Assembly: GCA_038525395.1 (NCBI GenBank)
Contig: JBCBHS010000002.1
Location: 158,863 to 222,862, forward strand
Origin: Pseudomonadota bacterium
Lineage (GTDB): Bacteria; Pseudomonadota; Alphaproteobacteria; Rhodobacterales; Rhodobacteraceae
Length of the DNA: 64,000 nucleotides
Direction of reading: 5' to 3'
Shown here: one piece after another, positions 26,932 through 36,325 of the stretch
Layout: each line of letters begins with the position of its first letter
Position numbering within the stretch: the first letter of the stretch is position 1
The notes under the pieces: generated by a model
What the model saw: the letters and a program-made list of their open reading frames with translations, nothing else
Told to the model about the DNA's origin: nothing
Database searches by the model: none
Made by a program: the position numbers and the translations under genes

Positions 26932-26997
26932 TGACGTTGACGTAAGTTCTACGTTGCGTCACTTTGCAGGGTGACGTGCTTGTGATCTGCGTCACCC
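26932..26997. promoter_or_regulatory. Array of TGACG/CGTCA half-sites forming two adjacent inverted repeats (candidate MerR operator region)
   Basis: TGACG at 26932, 26938 and 26972; CGTCA at 26957 and 26990. This gives TGACG-N14-CGTCA (26938-26961) and GGGTGACG-N13-CGTCACCC (26969-26997) in the divergent MerR/usp intergenic region. Confidence 0.45.
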
Positions 26998-27085
26998 TAA
27001 TTCGCGCGGTCTTGATCGATGTCAAAGTACGCGCACAGCCAGCACGCTACCTTGCCCCACACCCAAAACCAAAGGAGGCAGACAG

Positions 27086-27532
27086 ATGTTTGAGAGGATC
27101 GTTGTGGGCGTGGATGGATCAGAGACGTCGGACCGCGCGGTGCGCATGGCCTGCGACCTGGCCAACAAATACAACAGCGCAATCTACCTGGTGCACACGC
27201 CACAGCCGCAATCGGTGGCCTTTGCGCTGGGTGCGATGTCGGGCTATCACGCAGTGACCACGATGCCGGACCCCGCAGCAGTGGCCAAGGCCGCGACCGT
27301 GATCCTGGACCGGGCGCGCAAGGTTGCCGCCGATTGCGGGCGCCAGATTGCAGCGACCCGGTCCGACCGGGGTGATCCGGCGGCCCAGATCATCGCCTGC
27401 GCGGCGGATGTGGGCGCCGACCTGATCGTGACCGGGCGGCGCGGCCTGGGCAGCATGGGCGCCCTGGTCCAGGGCAGCACATCCCAACAGATCGGGCACC
27501 TGGCCAACTGTGCCACGCTGTCGGTGCACTAG
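27086..27532 (+). CDS. Universal stress protein (UspA family)
   Basis: 148 aa. IVVGVDGSETSDRA and the ATP-binding motif GRRGLGSMGALVQGSTS are present. SD AAAGGAGG upstream. Confidence 0.9.
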   Translation: MFERIVVGVDGSETSDRAVRMACDLANKYNSAIYLVHTPQPQSVAFALGAMSGYHAVTTMPDPAAVAKAATVILDRARKVAADCGRQIAATRSDRGDPAAQIIACAADVGADLIVTGRRGLGSMGALVQGSTSQQIGHLANCATLSVH

Positions 27533-28743
27533 CTGGCGCAGCGCACCTCGACCCGGCGGTTCATCGCCCGGCCCGCGGCGTCCGCATTGCTGGCGATCGG
27601 TTCGGCCTCGCCCTTGCCCGCGGCGGCAATGCGGGCCGGGGGCACGCCCATCTCGACCAGGGCCGCCACGACCGATTGGGCGCGGCGTTGCGACAGGTCG
27701 AGGTTATAGGCCTCGGCCCCCTCGCTTGACGAATGGCCGATGATCTCGATCCGCTCCGCGCTGTCTGTGGACAACCCGGCAAAGAGGTCAGCAATGATCG
27801 TATGCGAGGCCGGTTGCAGCACCGCGCTGTCATAGTCAAAGCCGATGCCGTGCACGACCGACCCGCACCCCAGGTGCGGCGGTTCCGGCGCCAGGCACGT
27901 AGGGGCCGCATCAGACGGATCGCCGTCATAGGGTTTGAACGGCGCGCCGTTGGACGACCGCAGCCCGCGCACCGCGCCACCGGGGGCGGCGATCAGGATG
28001 AACTGCGATGCGATGCCCGCCGCATCCGTGCCCAACGCGCGCAGCACGTTGCCCTGCACCGTCCCGTCCAGTTTCGACAGCCCGTCATAGCAACCCGTGA
28101 CGGTCGCGCCATCCTGCGCCAGTTCCAGCTTGACCCCGCGCCCGCGCCAGACCCCGGCAAAGCGGTTGGACAGGGGCGGCGTGCGCTGTATGCCCTCGCC
28201 GATCAGTTCCGAAAACTCGAGAAAGCTCTTGTCGGTCTGCACGTCGATCCCGCCTTGCAGCACGATTCGCACCCACGCGACCTCGGGCGCGTCTGGCGCA
28301 AGCGTCAGCTCGGTCACCGCATCGGCGCTGTCGGGGGTGGCCAGCGTGCCCTCGGCCAGCAGGACATAGGGGCCGTCGACCGAATGGTCGGACCCCAGCA
28401 CGGTGACCTCGCGAAAGAAAGTCTGCGAGGGGCTGGGTGTTTCGCGGATACCCGGCACCGCCAGCCGGTCAAAGCGGGTGAGGGCGGGCAGGGCAAAGGT
28501 GATCTCGACCTGGTCGGCCGCGGTTGCAGGCTTGCGTGTCAGCACAAAGGCGCCGGGCGCCCCGTCGATCACAGCCACCGCTTGGCCCATGTCCACGCGC
28601 AACGCCTCTGCCGCGCCGCCCAAGCCCACGGGCAGCGCGCCTTGGGCAAAGGACAGAAGGTCAGGCTTTGGCGGCGCCTCTTGCGCCAGGGCGGGGGTGG
28701 TCAACAGACATGCGCAGGCCAAAATACGGGTCAGGGCGGTCAT
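27529..28743 (-). CDS. OmpA-family (peptidoglycan-associating C-terminal domain) secreted protein with a large N-terminal domain of unknown type
   Basis: ATG 28743 (SD AGGAGA). Signal peptide MTALTRILACACLLTTPALAQE. C-terminal OmpA_C motif IIGHSSSEGAEAYNLDLSQRRAQSV...NRRVEV. Confidence 0.85.
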   Translation of the reverse strand: MTALTRILACACLLTTPALAQEAPPKPDLLSFAQGALPVGLGGAAEALRVDMGQAVAVIDGAPGAFVLTRKPATAADQVEITFALPALTRFDRLAVPGIRETPSPSQTFFREVTVLGSDHSVDGPYVLLAEGTLATPDSADAVTELTLAPDAPEVAWVRIVLQGGIDVQTDKSFLEFSELIGEGIQRTPPLSNRFAGVWRGRGVKLELAQDGATVTGCYDGLSKLDGTVQGNVLRALGTDAAGIASQFILIAAPGGAVRGLRSSNGAPFKPYDGDPSDAAPTCLAPEPPHLGCGSVVHGIGFDYDSAVLQPASHTIIADLFAGLSTDSAERIEIIGHSSSEGAEAYNLDLSQRRAQSVVAALVEMGVPPARIAAAGKGEAEPIASNADAAGRAMNRRVEVRCAS

Positions 28744-29122
28744 CCGCGTCTCCTGTCGGTGCAAATATGGGTATAACGGCGCGCGTGCGGTGGCGCTGTC
28801 AATGGTGGAAAACCTTGCCTTGCGGGTCAGATTGCGGGTGTACCTTGCGTAAGCTGGGCATGTCGTTGGTCCAGACTTAGCCGGTGAAACCGCCAGGTGT
28901 GTCGATGCCATCGCTCCGGCCGCCTGCATACGCGCCTATCACGATCACCTGCGGGCCACGGCGTGCCAGCCGCTGGGCGCATCGGTGCGGCCAGCGCCAG
29001 AGGTCAGGCGCACGCCGCGATGGACCAGCAGATTGGGCGGAGCAGTGGTCTCAACAGACACAAAGGCCCCGGTCCTGTCCAGCTTGCGCGCTGCAACGGC
29101 AAGCAGCGCAACCCGCCAGCGC

Positions 29123-29497
29123 CTAGCGGTTGCCAAGGTCCTGGGCCACGCTGTCACGCAGGCCCTGCAACTCGGCCCGGGCCTCCTCCAACTGGCGGCG
29201 CTGCTCGTCCAGCTCGCTCAACTGCCCGTCCGCCAGGTCGATCCAGGCACGCATCTGCGCCTCGGTGCCTTCGTTTTCGTAGATCAGCAGCCATTGGCGG
29301 ATGTCTTCAAGCTGAAAGCCGAACTTGCGACCGCGCAGGATCAGCTTCATCCGCGCACGCTCGCGCGGGCCATAGAATCGCGACCGGCCCTCGCGGTCGG
29401 GTTGCAGCAACTCGATATACTCGTAATAGCGCAGCGTGCGTGGGGTTACGTCGAACTCCGCACACATCTGCTTAAAGCTCAAGCGGTCGTCTGCCAT
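29123..29497 (-). CDS. MerR-family transcriptional regulator (paralogue 2), divergent from the PaaI thioesterase pair
   Basis: 124 aa from ATG 29497 (SD GGGAGAGAGA). [26 protein letters not shown]...[18 protein letters not shown] is closely similar to the MerR at 26463-26864. Confidence 0.88.
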   Translation of the reverse strand: MADDRLSFKQMCAEFDVTPRTLRYYEYIELLQPDREGRSRFYGPRERARMKLILRGRKFGFQLEDIRQWLLIYENEGTEAQMRAWIDLADGQLSELDEQRRQLEEARAELQGLRDSVAQDLGNR

Positions 29498-29632
29498 GGC
29501 CTCGTGTCTCTCTCCCTGCCCCAAAGCGTAAGGCGCGCAGGCAGCAAGAGCAACAGGCCGCTTGCCCGCGCGCGGGCCCGCCCCCATAAAGTGATCCATG
29601 CCCGCCCGTTCGCCAGCAAGGACCCCCCGTAC

Positions 29633-30055
29633 ATGAGCGACATTCTGAAACGCGCCAGCCAGTTCATCCAGGCGCTGCCGCATGCGCGCGACCTGGGGAT
29701 GCAGCTGGTGGATATCAGCCCAGGCGTGGCCGAGATCACGATGCCCTACGATCCGCGCCTGATCGGCGATCCGGCAACGGGCGTGATCAGCGGCGGGGCG
29801 GTGTCGGCGCTGATGGACACCTGCTGCGGTGCGGCGGTGCTCAGCCATCCCAAGAACACGGGCACCACAGCCACGCTTGACCTGCGCATCGACTATATGC
29901 GGACCGCCACGCCGGGCGAGGCGCTGCGCGCGCGCGCCGAATGCTATCACGTGACCCGGTCGGTCGCCTTTGTCCGCGCCACAGCCTGGGACGCGGATGC
30001 CGACCGGCCCGTCGCGGGCGCCACGGGCGCCTTTACCGCAGAGGGCCGCCCGTGA
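29633..30055 (+). CDS. PaaI-family hot-dog thioesterase
   Basis: 140 aa from ATG 29633. [20 protein letters not shown]...[10 protein letters not shown] is typical of PaaI/4HBT-type thioesterases. Confidence 0.85.
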   Translation: MSDILKRASQFIQALPHARDLGMQLVDISPGVAEITMPYDPRLIGDPATGVISGGAVSALMDTCCGAAVLSHPKNTGTTATLDLRIDYMRTATPGEALRARAECYHVTRSVAFVRATAWDADADRPVAGATGAFTAEGRP

Positions 30056-30567
30056 CACAGCCCGACCCCGTGCAAGTGGTCAAGCAACGCCGCGATGCCG
30101 CGCTGCACGCGCTGGTGGGCCACGTGCCGTATATCCAATATCTGGGCGTCACCTTTGACCGCCGGGGGGACGAACTGACGGCGGTTCTGCCCTTTGATGG
30201 CAAGCTGATCGGCAATCCGCTGCTGCCTGCGTTGCATGGCGGGGTGACAGCCGCGTTTTTGGAGGTGACGGCAGTGATTACCCTCAGCTGGGCGCAGCTC
30301 TGGGACGAGATCGAGACTGGCGCACTGGCCGAGGCGGGCGCGCTGGCCGAGGCGGGCGCCGCAGCGCCCCTGCCCCCGCTGCCCAAAACGGTCGACTTCT
30401 CGGTGGATTACCTGCGCTCTGGCCTGCCGCGTGACGCCTATGCGCGGGCGCGGATCAACCGCGCCGGGCGGCGGTATGCCAGCGTGCATGTCGAGGCGTG
30501 GCAGGACAACCGCGACCGGCTTTTTGCCCAAGGTACGGGGCACTTCGTGATGCCCCGGCCCTGCTAG
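30052..30567 (+). CDS. PaaI-family thioesterase, second copy, with an internal (GALAEA)n insertion
   Basis: GTG 30052 overlaps the upstream stop (GTGA). [17 protein letters not shown]...[10 protein letters not shown]. Contains an 18-nt tandem repeat at 30319-30360. Confidence 0.75.
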   Translation: MTQPDPVQVVKQRRDAALHALVGHVPYIQYLGVTFDRRGDELTAVLPFDGKLIGNPLLPALHGGVTAAFLEVTAVITLSWAQLWDEIETGALAEAGALAEAGAAAPLPPLPKTVDFSVDYLRSGLPRDAYARARINRAGRRYASVHVEAWQDNRDRLFAQGTGHFVMPRPC

Positions 30568-31905
30568 ATGGAGGCCACGGCGCCCACAGGCGCGCCCCGG
30601 CCCCTGACCCACCGCCGGGTGCTCAAGATCGCGCTGCCCATCGTGCTGTCCAACGCCACCGTGCCCATCCTGGGCGCGGTCGATGTGGGCGTGGTGGGCC
30701 AGATGGGCGAGGCCGCGCCCATCGGGGCCGTCGCCATGGGCGCGATTATCCTCACGACGCTCTACTGGGCCTTTGGCTTTCTGCGCATGGGCACGGTCAG
30801 CCTGGTGGGACAGGCGGCGGGTGTCGGGGACGAGGACGAGGTGTCGGCCTGGCTGACCCGCGCGCTGCTGGTGGCGGTCGTGGGCGGTGCGGCGCTGATC
30901 GTGCTGCAAGTGCCGCTGTTCTGGGCGGCGTTTCAGCTGTCGCCCGCCAGTGCCGAGGTTGAAAGCCTTGCCCGCGATTACCTGTTCATCCGCATCTGGA
31001 CCGCGCCCGCCGCCATCGCCGTCTATGCGCTGACCGGCTGGCTGGTGGCGATGGAGCGGACGGGCGGCGTGTTCTGGGTGCAGCTGGTGATGAACGGCGT
31101 GAACATCGCGCTGAACTTTGTCTTTGTGCTGGGCCTGGGCTGGGGCGTGCCGGGCGTTGCGATTGCCACCGTGATCGCCGAGGTGATCGGCGCGGGCCTG
31201 GGCCTGTGGTTTTGCCGCGCGGCCTTTGCCCGGGCGGCCTGGCGCGACTGGCCCCGCGTGCTGCGCCGGGCGCAGCTGGTCAAGATGGCGCTGCTGAACA
31301 CCGACATCCTGCTGCGGTCGCTGATGCTGATGATCATCTTTTCCAGCTTTGTCTTTCTGGGCGCGCGGTTCGGCGATGTGACACTGGCCGCGAACGAGGT
31401 GCTGATCCAGTTCATGTATATCACCGCCCACGCGATGGACGGCTTTGCCTTTGCCGCCGAGACCCTGATCGCGCGGGCCTATGGCCGCCAAGACCCGGAC
31501 CGGGTGCGCCGGTCGGCCCTGATGACGGGGATGTGGGGGATGGTGGTCTGCGTGACGACGGCGCTGGCCTTTCTGCTGGCGGGGCCGTGGCTGATCGATG
31601 TGATGGCCAAGGATGTGGACGTGCAGCAGGACGCGCGCACCTACCTGTGGTGGATGGTCGCCGCACCGCTTGTGGGCTGTGCGGCCTGGATGTTCGACGG
31701 AATTTTTATTGGCGCGGGCCGGGGCCGGGACATGCGCAACATGATGGCCATATCCTTTGTCATCTACTGGGGGGCTGTGCTGGTGCTGTTGCCGCTGTTG
31801 GGCAATCACGGGTTGTGGGCGGCGCTGCTGATCTCGTTCATCGCGCGCGGCGTCACCCTGGGCGCGCGCTATCCGGCGTTGGAGCGTGCGGCGCGGGGCG
31901 ATTGA
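30568..31905 (+). CDS. MATE-family efflux transporter (DinF/NorM-like)
   Basis: 445 aa, 12 hydrophobic segments. The N-terminal motif HRRVLKIALPIVLSNATVPILGAVD is typical of MATE. The ATG directly abuts the upstream TAG. Confidence 0.9.
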   Translation: MEATAPTGAPRPLTHRRVLKIALPIVLSNATVPILGAVDVGVVGQMGEAAPIGAVAMGAIILTTLYWAFGFLRMGTVSLVGQAAGVGDEDEVSAWLTRALLVAVVGGAALIVLQVPLFWAAFQLSPASAEVESLARDYLFIRIWTAPAAIAVYALTGWLVAMERTGGVFWVQLVMNGVNIALNFVFVLGLGWGVPGVAIATVIAEVIGAGLGLWFCRAAFARAAWRDWPRVLRRAQLVKMALLNTDILLRSLMLMIIFSSFVFLGARFGDVTLAANEVLIQFMYITAHAMDGFAFAAETLIARAYGRQDPDRVRRSALMTGMWGMVVCVTTALAFLLAGPWLIDVMAKDVDVQQDARTYLWWMVAAPLVGCAAWMFDGIFIGAGRGRDMRNMMAISFVIYWGAVLVLLPLLGNHGLWAALLISFIARGVTLGARYPALERAARGD

Positions 31906-31940
31906 GGCGCTGATTGGCTGTGGGTGGCTGGTGTCGGACT

Positions 31941-31988
31941 GGGGGCGAGCCCCCAGACCCCCGGGATTTTTTTGGAACAGAGAAAGGG
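31941..31988. repeat. Intergenic composite repeat, copy R3 (hairpin plus forward arm)
   Basis: GGGGGCGAGCCCCC (31941-31954) followed by CCCCCGGGATTTTTTTGGAACAGAGAAAGGG (31958-31988), between convergent MATE and pyrD. Confidence 0.65.
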
Positions 31989-31993
31989 ACGGG

Positions 31994-33037
31994 TCAGAGC
32001 CAGTCTTTGCTGTTTGTGCCCACGGCTTCGGCGACGGATTGAAAGCCGTCTTGCTGCAGCTGCGTGTCGAGCCCGTGGGCAATGCGGGCGGCCAGGCTGA
32101 GCCCGCCATAGACAAGGCCGGTATAGAGCTGCACGGCAGAGGCGCCTGCGCGGATCTTGGCATAGGCATCGCGGGCAGAGGCCACGCCGCCGACGCCGAT
32201 CAGCGGGATTTTCGTGAGCAGGTGCAGTTTGGCCAGGACCTGCGTTGATTTCTCGAACAGGGGCGCGCCGGAGAGGCCGCCCTTTTCGACAGCCCGCGGG
32301 CTGCGCAGGCCGCTGCGGTCGAGCGTGGTGTTTGTTGCGATGATGGCCGCGACCCGCGCGTCCTCGGCCACCTTGGCAATGTCGGCGAGGTCTTGGTCCG
32401 TCAGGTCCGGCGCGATTTTGAGGAAGACGGGGACGGCCCCGCGCACCTGCATCACCCCGTCCAGAAGCGCCGCGAGGGCCATCGGCCCCTGCAGATCGCG
32501 CAGCTTTTCCGTGTTGGGGCTGGACACGTTGACGGTGGCAAAGTCGATATGCGGCGCGCAGTGTTGCAGGACGCGCGCGAAATCCTCTGCCCGGTTGGCG
32601 CTGTCCTTGTTGGCGCCCAGGTTCAGGCCCACGGGCACCCCTTTGGGCCGTTTGGCCAGCCGCGCGGCGATGGCCTGCATCCCGTCATTGTTAAAGCCGA
32701 AGCGGTTGATGGCCGCGGCATCCTCGGCCAGGCGGAACAGGCGCGGTTTGGGGTTGCCGGGCTGGGGCAGGGGGGTCGCGGCCCCCACCTCGATCCAGCC
32801 AAAGCCTGCGCGGCTGAGCGGGGCGATGGCGGTGGCGTTCTTGTCAAAACCCGCCGCAAGGCCCACCGGGTTGGGCAGGTCGAGGCCCGCCACCTCGGCG
32901 CGCAGCCGGTCGCTGGTCACCGGCCCCGGCAGCGCCGCCAGCGGCGTGTGCAGCGCCTTGAGGGCCAGGCCATGGGCCGTTTCCGGGTCGAGGCGGCGCA
33001 GCGCCTGGGTGCCGATGCGTTCGAGCGTGCGTTTCAT
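31994..33037 (-). CDS. pyrD: Dihydroorotate dehydrogenase (quinone), class 2
   Basis: 347 aa, full-length class-2 DHODH layout ([31 protein letters not shown]). Confidence 0.93.
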   Translation of the reverse strand: MKRTLERIGTQALRRLDPETAHGLALKALHTPLAALPGPVTSDRLRAEVAGLDLPNPVGLAAGFDKNATAIAPLSRAGFGWIEVGAATPLPQPGNPKPRLFRLAEDAAAINRFGFNNDGMQAIAARLAKRPKGVPVGLNLGANKDSANRAEDFARVLQHCAPHIDFATVNVSSPNTEKLRDLQGPMALAALLDGVMQVRGAVPVFLKIAPDLTDQDLADIAKVAEDARVAAIIATNTTLDRSGLRSPRAVEKGGLSGAPLFEKSTQVLAKLHLLTKIPLIGVGGVASARDAYAKIRAGASAVQLYTGLVYGGLSLAARIAHGLDTQLQQDGFQSVAEAVGTNSKDWL

Positions 33038-33462
33038 CCGAAGGCGGCGCCCCCGTCAGCCGGGCGGCAGCGGATCAGCCGCGATGTGCGCACCGCGGCC
33101 TGCCGGTGCACCACAGCCACGCGGTAGTCGGGGTCGGTGACCATGGCCAGAAAGGCGGCGGCGTCCGGGTAGCGGGCGATGAACATGGCATCCCACGGCT
33201 CCTCCGCCGGGCCGATCAGCGTCGCGTCAAACCCGCCGCGCCACAGGATGCTGCCGCCCACGCGCGCGAGCACCGGGGCCGACGCCTGGCCGTAGCGCGC
33301 ATAGGCCTGCGCGCCGGTCAGCCCGTCGCGGGCCAGGGCGTGATCGCCGGGGTAATTGGCCAGGTCGCGAAACGCCACGAGGTTCAGCATCTCAATCGGC
33401 GTGTCGCGCGGCAACGCCTTGAACGCATCGAACTGGGCGCGCGTGGGGTCGATATGGCTCAT
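33034..33462 (-). CDS. DUF1330-domain protein
   Basis: 142 aa. [11 protein letters not shown]... and [20 protein letters not shown] resemble DUF1330 (dimeric alpha-beta barrel). ATGA overlaps on both sides. Confidence 0.8.
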   Translation of the reverse strand: MSHIDPTRAQFDAFKALPRDTPIEMLNLVAFRDLANYPGDHALARDGLTGAQAYARYGQASAPVLARVGGSILWRGGFDATLIGPAEEPWDAMFIARYPDAAAFLAMVTDPDYRVAVVHRQAAVRTSRLIRCRPADGGAAFG

Positions 33463-33806
33463 GCCTCAAAGCCCGCACCGGCGGGGAACTGGTGCACGCC
33501 GCCAACCAAAGGCAGGGGTTGCGCCCATTGCACATCCTCAAGCTGCATCTCGCGGTAAAGATGCGGAAACTCCGCGCCCCCCCGCGACACCTCCCATTTC
33601 AGCGCGTCGCCCAAGGCGTCGGCATCGACGGCGATCAGGAACAGATCGTCCTGCCCGGCAAAGTGCTTGGCCGCCGTTTCCGCGGCCTGCTGGGCGGTGG
33701 AAAAGTGGACATAGCCGTCAGCCACATCAATCGGCGCACCCGCCGTGCGGCGGTTTTGGCGCAGGTCGGCCCATTCCGGGGCGCGAAAAATTTTGTAGAT
33801 CAGCAT
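33459..33806 (-). CDS. DUF952-domain protein
   Basis: 115 aa from ATG 33806. MLIYKIFRAPEW...GYVHFSTAQQ...EFPHLY matches my recollection of DUF952. Confidence 0.78.
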   Translation of the reverse strand: MLIYKIFRAPEWADLRQNRRTAGAPIDVADGYVHFSTAQQAAETAAKHFAGQDDLFLIAVDADALGDALKWEVSRGGAEFPHLYREMQLEDVQWAQPLPLVGGVHQFPAGAGFEA

Positions 33807-33948
33807 GGGGGGCGTGATGCCCCGTGCCCAAGTGCTGGTCAAGGGCGCGATGTCACAGACCTGTTGCGTGCCTCGCCTAAGGAACCGCTTTGACTCGTGG
33901 CGCCGATTGCTGTCACGTAACTGTCATAATCAACATGGGAGACACCCA

Positions 33949-35508
33949 ATGACCCGACTTTTGATGGGCACGGCCGCCCTGGCGCTAAGCGCTGGCATGG
34001 CATCCGCCGACTATACGCTGCACATCCTGCACACCAACGACATGCACAGCCGCATTGAATCGATCAACCGCTTCGATTCGACCTGCAACGCCGAGGGCGA
34101 GGCCGAGGGCAAATGCTTTGGCGGCGTCGCGCGGGTCAAAACGGCGATCGACGACAAAAAGGCCAGCCTGGGCAGCCAGAACGTGATCGTGCTGGACGCG
34201 GGCGACCCGTTCCAGGGCTCGCTGTTCTACACCACCTACAAGGGCGCGGCCGAGGCCGAGTTCATGGACCAGATGGGCTATGACGCGATGGCCGTGGGCA
34301 ACCACGAGTTTGACGATGGCCCGCCCAAACTGGCCGAATTCATCGACGCGGTCAGCTTTCCGGTCATCTCGGGCAACCTGGACCTGTCCGCCTCGGACCT
34401 GCTGAAAGACCGCGTGCAGAACCATGTGGTGCTTGAGGTGGGCGGCATGAAGATCGGTGTGATCTCTGCCCTGGCCACCAACACGGTCGAAACGTCGTCG
34501 CCCGGGCCCAACGTCGTCTTTCAGGACGAGATCGAGGCGTTGCAAGCCGACGTCGCCACGCTGGAAGGCGAAGGCGTCGATATCATCATCGCGCTGAACC
34601 ACGTGGGCCTGAACAAGGACCTGGACATTTCCGCGGCCGTGCCGGGCATCGACGTGGTGATCGGCGGGCACAGCCATACGCTGATGACCAATGACGACGC
34701 CGAAACACCGGCCTATCCCATGATGGTGGGCGACACGGCTGTGGCGCAGGCCTATGCCTACACCAAATACCTGGGCCACCTGACAGTCACCTTTGACGAC
34801 GCGGGCGTGGTGACCGAAGCCTCGGGCGATCCGATGCTGCTGGATGCATCGGTCGAACCCAATGCCGCCTTTATCGCGCGCATCGCCGAGATGGGCGCGC
34901 CCATCGAAGAGATGAAGACGCGCGTTGTCGCCGAAGCCGCCGAAGCCATCGAAGGCGGGCGCGACGTGTGCCGGGCGATGGAATGCCCCATGGGCTCGCT
35001 GATCGCAGATGCGATGCTGGACCGGGTGGCCGACCAGGGGATCGAGATTGCGATCCAGAACGGCGGCGGCATCCGCGCGTCGATTGACGCGGGCGAGATC
35101 ACGATGGGCGAGGTGCTGACGGTGCTGCCGTTCCAGAACACGCTGTCCACCTTCCAGGTGCCGGGCTCGGCCATCCTGGCCGCGCTTGAAAACGGCGTGG
35201 GCCAGATCGAGGATGGGGCGGGCCGCTTCCCGCAAGTGGCGGGTATGAGCTTTGCCTTTGATGTGTCCAAGCCTTCGGGCGCGCGGGTCAGCGACGTCAT
35301 GGTGGGCGGTGCGCCCATCGAGATGGACAAGGTCTATGGCGTGGTCAGCAACAACTATGTGCGCAATGGCGGCGACGGCTATGCGATGTTTGTCGCGGCG
35401 GAAAACGCCTATGACTTCGGGCCGGACCTGGCGGATGTGACCGCGGAATACCTGGCAGAGCAGGGGCCCTTCACGCCCTATACCGACGGGCGCATCACGG
35501 CCAAGTAA
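33949..35508 (+). CDS. Periplasmic bifunctional 5'-nucleotidase / UDP-sugar hydrolase family metallophosphoesterase
   Basis: ATG 33949 (SD GGGAGA). Signal peptide MTRLLMGTAALALSAGMASA. Metallophosphatase motifs ILHTNDMHSR, DAGDPFQG, GNHEFD and the C-terminal 5_nucleotid_C domain are present. Confidence 0.9.
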   Translation: MTRLLMGTAALALSAGMASADYTLHILHTNDMHSRIESINRFDSTCNAEGEAEGKCFGGVARVKTAIDDKKASLGSQNVIVLDAGDPFQGSLFYTTYKGAAEAEFMDQMGYDAMAVGNHEFDDGPPKLAEFIDAVSFPVISGNLDLSASDLLKDRVQNHVVLEVGGMKIGVISALATNTVETSSPGPNVVFQDEIEALQADVATLEGEGVDIIIALNHVGLNKDLDISAAVPGIDVVIGGHSHTLMTNDDAETPAYPMMVGDTAVAQAYAYTKYLGHLTVTFDDAGVVTEASGDPMLLDASVEPNAAFIARIAEMGAPIEEMKTRVVAEAAEAIEGGRDVCRAMECPMGSLIADAMLDRVADQGIEIAIQNGGGIRASIDAGEITMGEVLTVLPFQNTLSTFQVPGSAILAALENGVGQIEDGAGRFPQVAGMSFAFDVSKPSGARVSDVMVGGAPIEMDKVYGVVSNNYVRNGGDGYAMFVAAENAYDFGPDLADVTAEYLAEQGPFTPYTDGRITAK

Positions 35509-35550
35509 CACGCATCGCGCAGCGCGCCTGCGCCATGCGTGACCGGACAA

Positions 35551-35577
35551 GGCGGGGCGGCGGCCCCGCCTTTTTCT
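35551..35577 (+). terminator. Intrinsic terminator after the 5'-nucleotidase gene
   Basis: GGCGGGGC-ggcg-GCCCCGCC followed by TTTTTCTT. Confidence 0.75.
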
Positions 35578-35638
35578 TGGCCAACGCGGATCAAGATCCG
35601 CCTTACATGGCGCCCGCGCATCCGATACGCTGCGGCCT

Positions 35639-36325
35639 ATGTGTGGACGTTTTGCCGTGACCCTGCCGCCGGATGCGATGGCGCAGCTGTTTGCTGCGAT
35701 CCCGGCCAATGATTTGCCGGATGTGCCCAACTACAACGTCTGCCCCACCAATGCGGTGCATGTCGTGACCGCGGATGCGGACGCGGGCGCGCGGCGGCTC
35801 AGCGCGATGCGCTGGGGGTTCATCCCGCATTGGTACAAGGCGCCCAATGACGGCCCGCTGCTGATCAACGCCCGGGCGGAAACCATCGCGGACAAGCCCG
35901 CCTTTCGCAGCGCGTGCCGCACCCGGCGGGCGGTGATCCTGGCCAGCGGCTTTTACGAATGGACGCGCGAGGGCGACGCGCGCCTGCCCTGGTACATCAC
36001 CCGCAGGGATGCCGCTCCCCTGGCCTTTGCCGCGATCTGGCAGGACTGGGCGCCCAAGGGCAGCGATGACACCCTGCGCACGGTCGCCATCGTGACGACA
36101 GCGGCCAACGCGCCGATGTTGGCCATCCACCACCGTATGCCCGTGATCCTGGCGCAAAAGGACGTGGCCCTGTGGCTGGGGGAAGAGGGCAAAGGCGCCG
36201 CCACGCTGATGCAGGCCGCGCCGGATGACGCGCTGCGCTGGCACCGGGTCGGCACCGAAGTCAACACAAACCGCGCGTCGGGCGCGCAGCTGGTGGACCC
36301 GCTTGAGGGGACGACGGGCGCTTAG
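35639..36325 (+). CDS. SOS-response-associated peptidase (SRAP/YedK, abasic-site processing protein)
   Basis: 228 aa beginning MCGRF (catalytic Cys2), with conserved WGFIPHW and FYEW motifs. Confidence 0.9.
   Translation: MCGRFAVTLPPDAMAQLFAAIPANDLPDVPNYNVCPTNAVHVVTADADAGARRLSAMRWGFIPHWYKAPNDGPLLINARAETIADKPAFRSACRTRRAVILASGFYEWTREGDARLPWYITRRDAAPLAFAAIWQDWAPKGSDDTLRTVAIVTTAANAPMLAIHHRMPVILAQKDVALWLGEEGKGAATLMQAAPDDALRWHRVGTEVNTNRASGAQLVDPLEGTTGA

Noticed and set aside
31971-31988. Reading the TTGGAACAGAGAA core of the intergenic repeat as a sigma-54 (-24 TGGCAC) or EcfG (-35 GGAAC) promoter.
   Set aside because: No TTGC at the -12 spacing and no CGTT at N16-17 follows any copy. R6 and R7 have CGTG at N15 and N16, and in R6 it overlaps a start codon. 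Copies also occur in both orientations at 3' ends of genes.
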